The notes under the pieces were generated by a model. It saw only the letters and a list, made by a program, of their open reading frames with translations. It made no database searches and was not told the DNA's origin. Shown here one piece after another: positions 11,322 through 22,217 of a DNA stretch of 64,000 bases. This DNA comes from Selaginella moellendorffii (taxonomy: Eukaryota > Plantae > Lycopodiophyta), in assembly GCF_000143415.4 (NCBI RefSeq), contig NW_003314292.1:1247498-1311497 (forward strand), in the 5' to 3' direction. The first letter of the stretch is position 1. Every line of letters begins with the position of its first letter. A program made the position numbers and the translations under genes.

Positions 11322-11512
11322 GGGGGCATCCCCCCACTTAGCGGTGTGCCTAAGTCAGCCTCCCCGGCCAAAAGCCCATGATAACGGAGTATAGGTGTCC
11401 CTATACCCCTCACCTCACCACGCCCTAGTATGGGGTCGGGACTTGAACCCAGCCTTGCTTTACTAGGGGGTTGGGACTCGAACCCAACCTCCGTAGAATA
11501 CGTTTATGGATT
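11322..11512 (-). ncRNA. Putative structured cis-RNA cassette in the chromovirus 3' UTR (two T-arm-like hairpins + ~80-nt multi-stem motif)
   Basis: Homologous to 21861-22217 in the LARD; stems show compensatory changes (see findings). Function is inferred only. Confidence 0.5.
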
Positions 11513-11644
11513 CGACATCCCTGCGGGGAGTCGAACGTAGTGCCCTATGCCTGGTCGACCTAGCTAACCCATGCTAATTAGCTTACCTTTAGCTTGCCTT
11601 CAGGTCCCAACATATACCATTGCTCAACTTCACAAATTGATACT

Positions 11645-14600
11645 TTAATTGAACTTTGCATAAGTACATAGAGTTCTGCCTTGCAGAAATTCCTCTACTA
11701 GATCTCGCGCGTTTGCTAGGTTCTCCTCTAGTTCCCATGTTGCTTCGCAATGTGGAAATCCTTTCCACTTCACATGGAACTCTCTCACCTTGCGTCCTTG
11801 TCGCTTGCTCTTGCGCACATTGAGGATGGCCTCGACTTCGTATTCCTCTTCCCCTTGGATAACCTTAGGTAAAGGTCTTACTTGGTCCTTGCGAAGTAGA
11901 TCCTCAAAGTACAGCTTGAGTAAGTTCACGTGGAACACTGGGTGCATCTTTTCCATCTCTCGAGGAAGTCGGAGTCGGTAAGCCACTTTACCGATTCGTG
12001 CCTCAATCTCGTAAGGCCCCACGAACCTACTTAAGGAACTCAAGATCAATTCATTTACAGGAATACATGCGTTTTTCCCTTTGGGTCAACTTTCGGCTGA
12101 TCCCACTTGGTAGCCTGAGGTTCTTGGTGTTCAGCCACACCTTCTCCCTAGCTTGGAACTCTACGTCCCGGTGCTTCTGGTTTGCGTACTTGGTTTACCT
12201 TTGTTGAGCCCATTCCAAGGAATCCCTCACTAGATTCCAAATGTTGAGTCTTTTCGCCGTGAATGCCTCCACTGTGGGTAGCTCTCCATGATACTCGGCC
12301 ACGCCGAGTTCCACAAGACCTTCAATAGCTCGCCCATTGATGACTTCCCATGGACTCACCCCGATACTCGAATGTGGTGATTTGTTATAACACATTTCCG
12401 CAAGTCCCAAATGACTTACCCAATCGGTCTGGTCTCCCGAGACATAGCATCGCAAATAATCCTCCAGCTGCCTATTCACCCTTTCCGTTTATCCATCTGT
12501 TAAGAAGTGTTAGTGCCACCAAACTTGACTTAATACCCCATACCTGTCTGTGGGTGATAGGCTGTGCTGAATTTCAACTTGGTGCGATACTGTTCCAGGA
12601 GAGTCCTCCAGAACCTACTAGTGAAGATCTTATCTCGATCTGAGATGATCTCTTCCGGCCTTCCCTACACTCGAACCACTTGTTCGAAGAACAGCTTCGC
12701 CACACCTTCCACATCCACTTCCGTTGTGGTGGGTATGAAATGTGCCATTTTCGAAAATCGGTCCACCACCATGAATATCGCATCAAACCCCTGGCTTGGG
12801 GGAAGTCCCGTGATGAAGTCCATCGTAAGACATTTCCATGGACGATCTGGAATTGGGATGCTTTGCAATAAGCCCCCACTAGCCTTAGTCACGGCTTTGA
12901 CCTGCTGACATGTTGGACATGTCTTTACATAGTCTTGGATGTCCTTAGCTATATCTGGCCAATGGTACTCCCTCTTGAGTAAGCCCATCGTCTTGGGCAC
13001 TCCGCCGTGTCCCGCAAGAGGTCTGTCATGACACTCTTCTAAGGATACCTTCCTTAGTTCCCCTTCTGAAACATACACCCTCGTTTGTTTGTAATAGATG
13101 AGTTTGTTGCGTTCTGCATAGCCCGTTTTCTCTTCCATTGGTAGCTCACCTCTCTGGTGAGCTTCCCGTGCCTCTAGATTCCTCAGCAACACTTCTTGTG
13201 CTAAACCATCGTTCTCATATGCTGTCCACACATTGTCCTAGAAGGTCGCTGTTGCGCTGGATATCACCAACCTCAAGCTCGCTTTTCGACTTAGCACATC
13301 CGCCACGATGTTGCTCTTCCCAGGCTTGTACAGAATCTCGCAATCAAACTCGGCCAAGGCATTGGCCCACCGACCTTGTTTCCCTCTCAGGTCGGGCTGT
13401 GACAAGAAGTGTTTCGTTGCCACATTGTCCGTGTAAACCTTGAAGTGTCTCCCAAGGTAGTGTCGCCACTCCTTGAGCGCCTTGACCACCACAAACAATT
13501 CCTTCTCGTGGGCAGGCCACTTCCATTGAGCCTTGTCCAACTTCTTCGAGAAGAACGCTACTGGATGGTTGTCTTGCTTCAAAACTGCACCCAACGCAAA
13601 GTCCGAAGCATATGTTTCTACCTCAAAGTCCTTACCAAAGTCTGGTAATGCCACACAGGAGCCTTCCTCAACTTCCCTTTGAGGTGGACGAATGCCGCCT
13701 CACATTCTACTATCCATACCATCTTCCCTTTTCCTATTTGGTTCGTTAAGGGCAGGGCTACTCTCAAATAGTGTCTGATAAACTTTCGGTAGTAGTTGCA
13801 TAGCCCCAAGAACGCCCTCAACTCATGTACATTCGATAGTCGCTCCCATTCCTGGATCACTTGGACCTTCTCTGGGTCCACCTTGAGCCCGTCCTGGCCC
13901 ACCACATGCCCAAGAAACTTTACCTTTTGTTGAGAAAAGTCACATTTGCTCTCTTTAGCATACAGTTTGTGTTCCTTTAGTTTCTCAAACACCTTCGCCA
14001 AGTGTTCGGCATGCTCCTCTAGTGTCTTGCTATAGATCAGGATGTCGTCGATATAAACAACCACGAAGTGATCCAGATAGGGTACAAAGGTGTGGTTCAT
14101 CAGCGCCGAAAATGTTGTCGGTGCATTGCATAGCTCGAAGGGCATCACCAAAAACTCAAAGCTCCCATACCTCATTCGACAGGTTGTCTTCTCGACATCT
14201 TCCTCTGCTACCCTTATCTGGTAGTATCCTGACCTGAGGTCAATCCTCGAGAAGTATTTTGCCTTTCCCAACCTATCGAATAGGTCCTCAATTCTTGGCA
14301 AAGGGTACTTGTTCTTCTTTGTATACTTGTTGAGAAACCGGTAGTCTATGCACATGCGCATAGATCCATCTTTATTTTTCACAAATAACACCGGCGCCCC
14401 ATACGGTGACTTGCTCAACCTAACATACCTTTTGTCCACCAATTCCTCTAGTTGGCATTTGAGCTCCTTGAGTTCTTTTTCGTTCAAACAATAGGGGGGA
14501 AAAACCACCGCCTCAGCACCCTCGACCAGCTCAATCTTATGTTCTATCGGTCGTGTGGGGGGCAACCCCGCCGGTAGCTCCTCCGGCATGGTATCCTGGA

Positions 14601-16411
14601 ATTGGTCCAACACTCGCTGGATCACTAAAAGTACTTCTTCCGTTCCTGTCTTTTTGTCACTCTTCACCGAGAGTAAGCACAAAAAGGCTGCCTTAGTTCC
14701 TTTAGTGAGTTGTCCTCTCGTGGACACCAGGTTTAAGCAGGATTCTTTGGCCTTGCTTTGCCCTACCTTTAGATCTTGGGCCTCCACCCTAGATCTTCTT
14801 CCTTAGGCATTCGCTAGTACCACAAGGTTCCTACCTTGTCCATGCAGGGCTACCACGAATCGATTGAACCAATCCATTCCGAAGATCACATCAAATCCCG
14901 CCATGTCCAACATGGTGAATCCATATCTACTTTCCAAGTCCCTACTTCGACTCTCGCTTGTCGAAGTACCTCATCGGTGCTTTGGCTACCTTGAACAAAC
15001 TCTATAGTCCTTGGTTCGCCTAGCCACTGCACTGTTAGTCTAGCTTGCCGGACTATGTCTGCAGCCACAAAATTATCTGAAGCACCCGTGTCAATAAGGA
15101 TCTTAACAAAGCTACCTCCGAGCTTCCCTCGGAGGGCTAGTAGATGTCGCGAACGACTCTCTACCAAAGTTGCTCGTGTAAAGTTAGGGACTAGATCACA
15201 TACCTCAGTTTGGACTTCACTCGACTTAATGGCCATATTGGCTCTGGCCTTCTTCGGGTAAGGACATTCCCTCGAAAAGTGTCCCGCTTCACCGCAGTTG
15301 TAGCATACGTTGTTTCCCGCACTGCTATACGACTTGACCTTCTTATCCGTGGGTTTGTCTCTTTTCACTTGACTCCCTCACGTGCTCCATCGTTGGCCAC
15401 CGGATTTGCCTTTTCGGAACCCAGAGGACTCATTCTTAGAGAAACTCTTCTTGAATTTCCCTCGGCTATACGTTCCCCTTAGTTTGGCCCCTTTGCTAAA
15501 CGTGGACCCCAACCCCGTCGTGTTCCCCTTTCATAGGTTATTGTTGAAATGCACCTTTATGGCCACATCCAACACTTCTTTATAGTTGGTCGGGTTCCAC
15601 CACATCACCTCACCGCGAGCCAGGTTTGCAAACCTAATATGAAGGCATGGAACGCATCCATATCCCCCATGTCCGTGACAAGTATCCTCTTTGCTATAAA
15701 CCCATTCACATACTCCTAAATGGTTCCAGTCTGCTTCAGCCTACTCAGCTCGTCCTTTAGATGCAGAGTAGCATTTGGAGGAACGTAAGTCGCACAGATC
15801 CTTGCCTTCATCATTTCCCAAGTGGCCACCGGTCCTTCGTTGGCCTTTGTCGTTCTCCACCAAGACTTAGCATTATCTGCCAAGTATGGTTTTGCACATG
15901 GGACCTTCTTCGAGCTCAGTAACCGCAACGCTCGGAAGTAGTCCTCCATATCATAAAACCAATCCTCCACCACCTTATAGTTGTTCACTCCCTTGAAGAC
16001 CGGTGGGGGCTTTGGTTTGTACTTGGGAACTACTTGAGGGACTGATTCCACTTTGGTCTGTTCGACCTTGTCTAGTTTTGCCTTAGTCCCTGCCGAAGGA
16101 TCCGCACCTTCTACGCTGCCAGCATTTGCAGTCTTTCGCTTTTTCTTTCACTTCTCGTCATGCTTTAGCTTGCGTACGAGAGTCTCTAGCAGAGCATTGG
16201 TCTGTGCCAATTGTCCTTCTAGAACGTCCAATCGAGCCTTGGATGACCAAACCTCGCCACTGGACTCCTGTTTGGAAGTTTCCTCACTGGAGTCCTCCTC
16301 ATGCAAGGATTCCTCATCCATAGCCTCTTGTTCGACCGGAGGCTCCAGCTCTGGCGGAGGTTCCATCTCCGCCTGGGTTCGCTTACGCCTGCCTTTGCCA
16401 TCTCCCAGCAA
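11645..16411 (-). pseudogene. gag-pol polyprotein of the chromovirus (Gag, CCHC knuckle, protease, RT, RNase H, integrase, chromodomain), broken by stops and frameshifts
   Basis: PPPVFKG..VEDWFYDMEDYF (gag); CYNCGEAGHFSRECP; ILIDTGAS; [16 protein letters not shown] (RT); SDFALGAVL..KELFVVV (RNase H); H..GH..C..C and MDFITGLP..VVDRFSK (integrase); YEVEAILNVR..FHVKWKGFPHCEATWE (chromodomain). Domain order is gypsy-type. Confidence 0.95.
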
Positions 16412-16710
16412 TCCGCCTCTATCCTTCGCTAGAACTGAGGAAAAGGCTCCGATACCAAATTGTAAGCCATAAATTTTTCCTTTCCAATTTGCCAGCTTAC
16501 CTCGTCTATCCGACCAACACTGCCTTGGCTTGTGCTAAGTTCCCTCGCCAAGGTTCCCGCCTATTGTACCAGCTCCTACTTGGTCTTACTTGGTTTCAGC
16601 TACTCACTGCACGAGCCATGGAGTGTTAGCCATCCATCTATAGATTCCCAAATCTCTCCCTCCCCGGGTTAGACTGGACTTAAGGTTCGGCTACACTCCC
16701 CGCAGGCACA

Positions 16711-17641
16711 TTGGGTGAAAGCCCAAAGCAATCATTCCCTAGGGGGCAAGGGGGGGTGCAGGGGTTTTAAAAGTATAGTAGAGAGAGTATGGGGCTTGGA
16801 CCCTAGTGGAGCCAGTTTGGCTAGGAAAGGCTAGTGTGACTCAGGAAGGCTATGCCCACATGTTGGGTGATGATATATCCACTAAGGAGTCCAAAGCTAG
16901 AGTGAATACAGATAAACAAGCGGGGTAACTTAGTGAAGTGTTCAAGAGCCGGCTCTAGCTCCTCTGTGAGATCAAATGGTCGATGCTCTCAGTCCAAGCG
17001 TGGGTGGCACTACCTACTTGGATACTTGGCGTGGCTCAACAGAATCTTGCTCTAGTCCCATGGCTAAAACACCCAAAGGCGGAAGGTGGGGAGAGTACTA
17101 ATGAGGCTCACATAGGGATACAGTCATATGGTGAGGAAGTCCCAAAGGATAGAAAGACTTAGTGGTCAGGCCTGTGAGCCTTGAACTAGTAGTAATGTTG
17201 GCGAACACAGCCATAGACAAAAAGGGACTTGGTGGGGACCAAAAAAGAGATATTAGGGAAGGCTATTCTCTATATCTATGGGCATCCTAAGCATGCTAAA
17301 GAGTGGATCTGGGATGACCACTTAGAAATGGATAGCCCAATCTTGAGAGATGGGATTGTGATGTAGGTGGTGTTAGATTACTGGTGTGACAAAGGTGAAT
17401 GGGCATGGCCTTAGTGTAACGGGCTGATATGTCGGTAGTACCTTTAGGTATTGGTTATAGAATTGGACACGTGGAGCACTTGGACTAAGTGTAAAGGTTG
17501 AGTGGTATGGATGTCATTTTTAGAGCCAAAAAAGTCCCCAAGTTCAGAATAGGACTTATGAAGATGGTGAGTGAAACTCTTCTAAGTGGTTGGAAGTGTG
17601 GTTAAATGACTAAAGTAGAATAAAAAATTTAGTCGCTTACA
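16711..17641 (+). repeat. 3' part of a LARD-family LTR (5' part lost at the inversion/deletion breakpoint)
   Basis: Starts at GGGTGAAAGCCCAAAGC, colinear with 5906-6905, ends AGTCGCTTACA. Confidence 0.85.
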
Positions 17642-18863
17642 TCAAACACCTTCTGACCGTCACCGACAAAAAAATGACTAATGGAATTAGTCACCTTTGC
17701 TATTCTGGGTGTCACCTAGCTTACAAAAGATGATATACTACTTGCAAATGAAATAAAGAGAGAAGCTACAGGCCCCAACCCTTTTAAGAAAACAAACTAA
17801 ACTTGTCAATAAAGTTTAAATAAACTATTGTAAATAGGCAGTTAGAGTAGTTTACATAGTCACACCCTTTTTAACAGAATAAAGAACATTGAAAAGAGGT
17901 AGGTGATGCGATTAGTCAACAGTAGCTACCTCATAACTAAATATTTTACTATGTACATAAAGTGCTAAAGCCAATCTACCTATACTAGCCCAAACCCAAA
18001 AATCAATAGATAACTATCAAATTAGTTAATCTGAATAGATCTTGGTTAACAATACTAAAGAACTTAAGTTGCTTAAATAAACATTAGGAATATCCAATCA
18101 ATATCTCAAACCTAAAATACTAATCTAGAGTAAACCACAAGGAACATGTGGTAATACAGAAAGCCAAAAGTTATCAAGATAATAATTAACCATCATGAAA
18201 GATCATCAATCATTTCATCACTAGAGAGATGCATAATTATCATTAAAGGAATAATCCACCATCCTGAAAAACTACCTCTACCATTGGTGGTTTACTGTAG
18301 AATAACCACAAAGTGAAACTTTAACCCTCCCCATACCACATGCCACATGCCACGTGTCCAAGGACAATGGAGTAGAACCCAAGTTTCAGGGTTTTGAGTT
18401 GCTAAACGAAGGGACGGAGCCAAACTCTTGAGCATAGAGCCTAGGAGTGAAGGAAGCAAAGTACAAAACGACTCTTGAACGTACAGCCCAAGGAGCGAAG
18501 GAACAATAACATAGAAATAGTCCTAAAGTATCTAACATCTCAATGCTAGAACTAACATGCAAAACAGAGCCAAATTCAGTCTTGTGTTATTTCAACATAC
18601 CAATTGCCTAAAGCAAAGATATACATACTCTACTAGCTAGCATGGTATAGAGTTTAGGCTTAGACCCAAGCCAAATATAGAATAAGGACAAAGGTGCAAG
18701 CAAGAGTTAGACTATGTATTAGGTTGGTCAGCCACCCACTATCCCTATCCCTACTATACATTTGGAACCCCCTACAATCTTTGAAGGCACTGGAGGAGCT
18801 GTTGTCTCACAGGATTTGGGACACCATTGTCCCCTACATTTGTATGCTCTGGTACAATTTTTG

Positions 18864-20683
18864 TGTAAACGACTAAATTTTCCATTCTACTTTAGTCACT
18901 TAACCACACCTCTGAACACTTGGAGGAGTCTCATTCACAACCTCCATTAGTCCAATTCAGGACTTGGGACTTGCTAGCCCCAAGAATGGCATCCATGCCA
19001 CTCAACACTTGCACCTGGTCCAAGTGCTCCACGTGTCCGGTCCCAAGACCGACACCTAAAGGTACCACTGACATCTCGGCCCGTTACGCTAAGGCCATGC
19101 CCATTCACCTTTGCTACACTAGTGGTCCAATACCACTTGCATCACCATCCCGTCTCTCCAAGACTGGGCCATCTGTCCACAAGTGGTCATCCTAGATCCA
19201 CTCCTTAGCATCCTTAGGATGCCCACAGACCTGGGGAATTGCCTTCCCCAAAGTCCCTTTGTCAGTTCCTACCAAGTCCCTTTCTGCCCCTGGCCGTGTT
19301 TGCCAACACTGTCACTGGATCGAGGCCCACAGGCCCGACCCCTAAGTCCCATGGTCCTCTGGGACTTCCTCACCACACGACTGTGTCCTTGGTCACTACC
19401 CCAGAGGACTTCTCCTCTTCCTTTCCACAGTCTAGGCCTTTGGGACAACATTTCGGAACACTGTGGCCTCACGCGAGCCACTTGGGTACTCTCCCCGCCT
19501 TTCGCCTTTAGGTGCTCTAGCCATGGGCTTAGAGCGAGGTTCTGTTGAGCCACGCCTGGTATCCAAGTAGGTAGTGCCACCCACACTTGGACTGGGAGCA
19601 TCGGCCAGTCAATCTCCCGGGGCAACTAAAGCCGGCTCTTGAACACTTCACCAAGCTACCCCGCTTGTCGGTCCGTGTTCACTCTAGTTTTGGAATTCCC
19701 AGTGGTCAGTTCATCACCCAACACTGGGTTTGGCCTTCCTGGGCCAAACTGGCCTTTCCTGGCCAAACTGGCTCCACTGCAATCCTCCCCCCTTACTATA
19801 CTTTTGGAGCTCACCAAACCCCCTAGGGTCTGGGAGACGAACGCTTTGGGCTTTCACCCTCTCAGACTCAAACTCGGACTCGGACTCGGACTCGGACTCA
19901 GACTCGGACTCAGACTCGGACTCGGGCTCGGGCTCGGTCTCAGCCTTGGCCTCGGTCTTGGTCTCGGTCCCAGTCTCGGTCCCAATCTCGGTCTCGGTCT
20001 CGGTCCCGGTCTCGGTCTCGGTCTCGACCTCGAACTCCATCTCAGGTCCTTCTCGGACTCCATCTCGAACTCCATCTCGGGCTCCGTCTCGGTCCATCTC
20101 GGGCTCCATCTCGGACTCCATCTCGGACTCCGTCTCGGTCCATCTCGGACTCCATCTGGGGTCCATCTCGGACTCCGTCTCGGTCCATCTCGGGTCCATC
20201 TCGGACTCCGTCTCGGTCCATCTCGGACTCCATCTCGGTCCACCTCGGACTCCATCTCGGACTCCATCTCGGGTCCATCTCGGACTCCATCTCGGACTCC
20301 ACTTCGGACTCCATATCAGACTCCACTTCGGGTCCATCTCGAACTCCATATCGGACTCCATCTCGGACCCCACTTCGGACTCCATATCGGACTCCACTTC
20401 GGGTCCATCTCGGACTCCAACTAGGGTCCGTCTCGGACTCCATCTCGGATACTTCCACGTGTCATGTGTTGGTCCTTTTTGGGTCCCTTTTTGGAGCCTC
20501 GCTTATTGCTCGCTTCGTGCTTGTTCCTCGAGCACTTTGTTCAGAGTTCCACTCCCACTCTCGACCTTTCAAGTCGGAGCTTTTAGTCCAAACGTGTTAC
20601 GCTCGTTTGGCTTTCACTTCGGCCACTACCACGTGGCACCATTTCCAGCTCCACTTTGGGGTCTAGGGATTTTGTGTCTCACA
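18864..20683 (-). repeat. LARD copy 2, 3' LTR (1820 bp), tandem array ~19865-20450
   Basis: Direct repeat of 24701-26547; array of CTCGGACTCCAT and CTCGGA/CTCGGT units. Confidence 0.93.
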
Positions 20684-21860
20684 ACTCCACCACCTATAGA
20701 CGAAGTTCGATGTCCTCATCGAATGGTAAACCATTTTATAAAGTAACACCCGCATGTGTTACCATTTCCATCTTTGGCACCTAACCAATATTTGTCAATG
20801 GTTTGACATTGAAGGCTCACCATGCCTTGCCCATCCTCTAAGGAGGATAGTCTCTCCAACTTAGAGACTCACTTGACCACCTGGGGTGGGTTGCTCCTTT
20901 TTATTGGTTCAGTTCTTGCTAAACCCGTTAGAGACACCCTCTCTAACTCAATTCCACTACTCATTCTTGAGTAGTCACAGATCCCATTGATCTACCTTTG
21001 CACATTCGAACGTTTACTTTTGACTTCTTGAAGTCAATTTCCTAGGTGTCTCCGACACCTTGCCTTGCACATTTTATGCAACTCCATTTCCCCCCCTAAG
21101 AAGTTCTCTACTCGAGGGCACCCTCATCAACTTTTCTATTTTTGTGCCACCATTGGCATTATGTTCCATTTATCATTATTTGTGCTAGGGCTGTCCACGG
21201 CCCTATCTTTTGGCTCCTTAGTTGCTCCCTCACTTGGAGCCTTTTCTTTGCCAAATTGGAGCACTTGGGAATCCGTCCTTGGAAGTCCACTTCTTTTTCC
21301 GCAATCCGTTAGCATCAAACACATTAGTGTTCCTTGGCTAACTTTGCCACTTGGATTTTATCCAATGGATTCCACGGCCCTATCTTGGGCACTCGTCTTT
21401 TATTCCTATCCTTGGATTGTTGCACCAAGTAACATAGGATCATTACCTCCCTCTTGGAGGTATTCTTTTGGTTCCATAGCAAAGGATCTGCTTTGCCCAG
21501 ACTAGGGTGTTCACCCCTAGTAAGTCTCCCCAACTGTTCTAGGCTCTCTACCTAGCCCAACCTTGTGACCCTCCCATGGGCCTGTCTCTGGAGACTATTT
21601 TCTTGAACTCATAATACCATTGTATTGTAGTAGTTCATTTCCCTTAGGTGTCCTTCCCACTTAGTCACCTTGACCAAGCCACACCTTTATCAATAGTTCA
21701 AATCAACACTTTGAACTAAGAATCATATTCCTTAACCCAAACAAAGACCTTGTCCTTATTTAGCCATAAGATCACCTAGTGATCTCATCTTGACCCCTTA
21801 ATAGGTCTACCAATAGGAATTAGGTCTTCCAGACCTTACTAAGTTGTTGACTATGACCCC

Positions 21861-22217
21861 GGGGGCATCCCCCACACTTGGCGGTGCGCCCAAGCTAGCC
21901 CTTCCGGCCAAGGATCCATAGCAACTGAGACTGGGTGTCCCCATCTCATTCACCACGTCCTTGGTGCCCTTTGCACCAAAGTGTTCAAGTTAGATATGCC
22001 GAGCTTTCACTCTAAGCAATCTAACCGTGCATCACGACTCTGAGGCATCCCTCGCTTGGCGGTGTGCCCAAACCAGTCTCCACACTGAGAGTCCATGACC
22101 ACCGAAAAATGAGTGTCCTCATATTCCAAACCATCACCACGCCCTAGTGAGTTAGGACTCGAACCCAAGCACTAGAGGGTCGGGACTCGAACCCAACCTC
22201 CGTATATGCATCTACGG
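21861..22217 (-). ncRNA. Putative structured cis-RNA cassette in the LARD interior (two copies of the ~80-nt motif + two T-arm-like hairpins)
   Basis: Motif copies at 21861-21942 and 22041-22121; GGACTCGAACCC hairpins at 22151-22168 and 22178-22198; homologous to 11322-11512. Confidence 0.5.

Larger units (their letters stand above)
9250..16710 (-). mobile_element. Ty3/gypsy chromovirus, degenerate and internally inverted
   Basis: gag-pol domains on the minus strand; intact LTR 10125-11243; second LTR split into 9250-10092 (+) and 16461-16710; PBS (rc TGGTATCGGAGC) 16446-16457; PPT (rc TATAGGTGGTGGAGT) 11244-11258; TSD GCATG (9245-9249) versus ACATG (rc of 10120-10124). Confidence 0.9.
5206..17641 (+). 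mobile_element. LARD-like non-autonomous LTR element, copy 1 (older; interrupted by the chromovirus, then inverted/deleted)
   Basis: 5' LTR 5206-6905 (TGTGAAACAC...GCTTACA); degenerate PBS TGGTATTAAAGC 6909-6920; internal region 6921-9249 colinear with the reverse complement of ~22350-24685; 3' LTR remnant 16711-17641. No matching TSD seen, so the two ends may not belong to the same insertion. Confidence 0.75.

Noticed and set aside
11322-11401. Known self-cleaving ribozyme (HDV-like, twister, pistol, hammerhead)
   Set aside because: I could not map the conserved catalytic cores or required pseudoknots onto all three copies. A covariance-model search would be needed to exclude this fully.
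11421-11512. tRNA genes
   Set aside because: Only T-arm-like hairpins are present; no acceptor, D or anticodon arms. Kept as a motif finding rather than a tRNA call.
19639-20746. Long Ser/Asp-, Glu/Ser- and Arg/Pro-rich ORFs (also 5301-6009, 9293-9756, 25466-26530)
   Set aside because: By-products of stop-free hexamer arrays in LTRs; open in several frames on both strands and without domain content.
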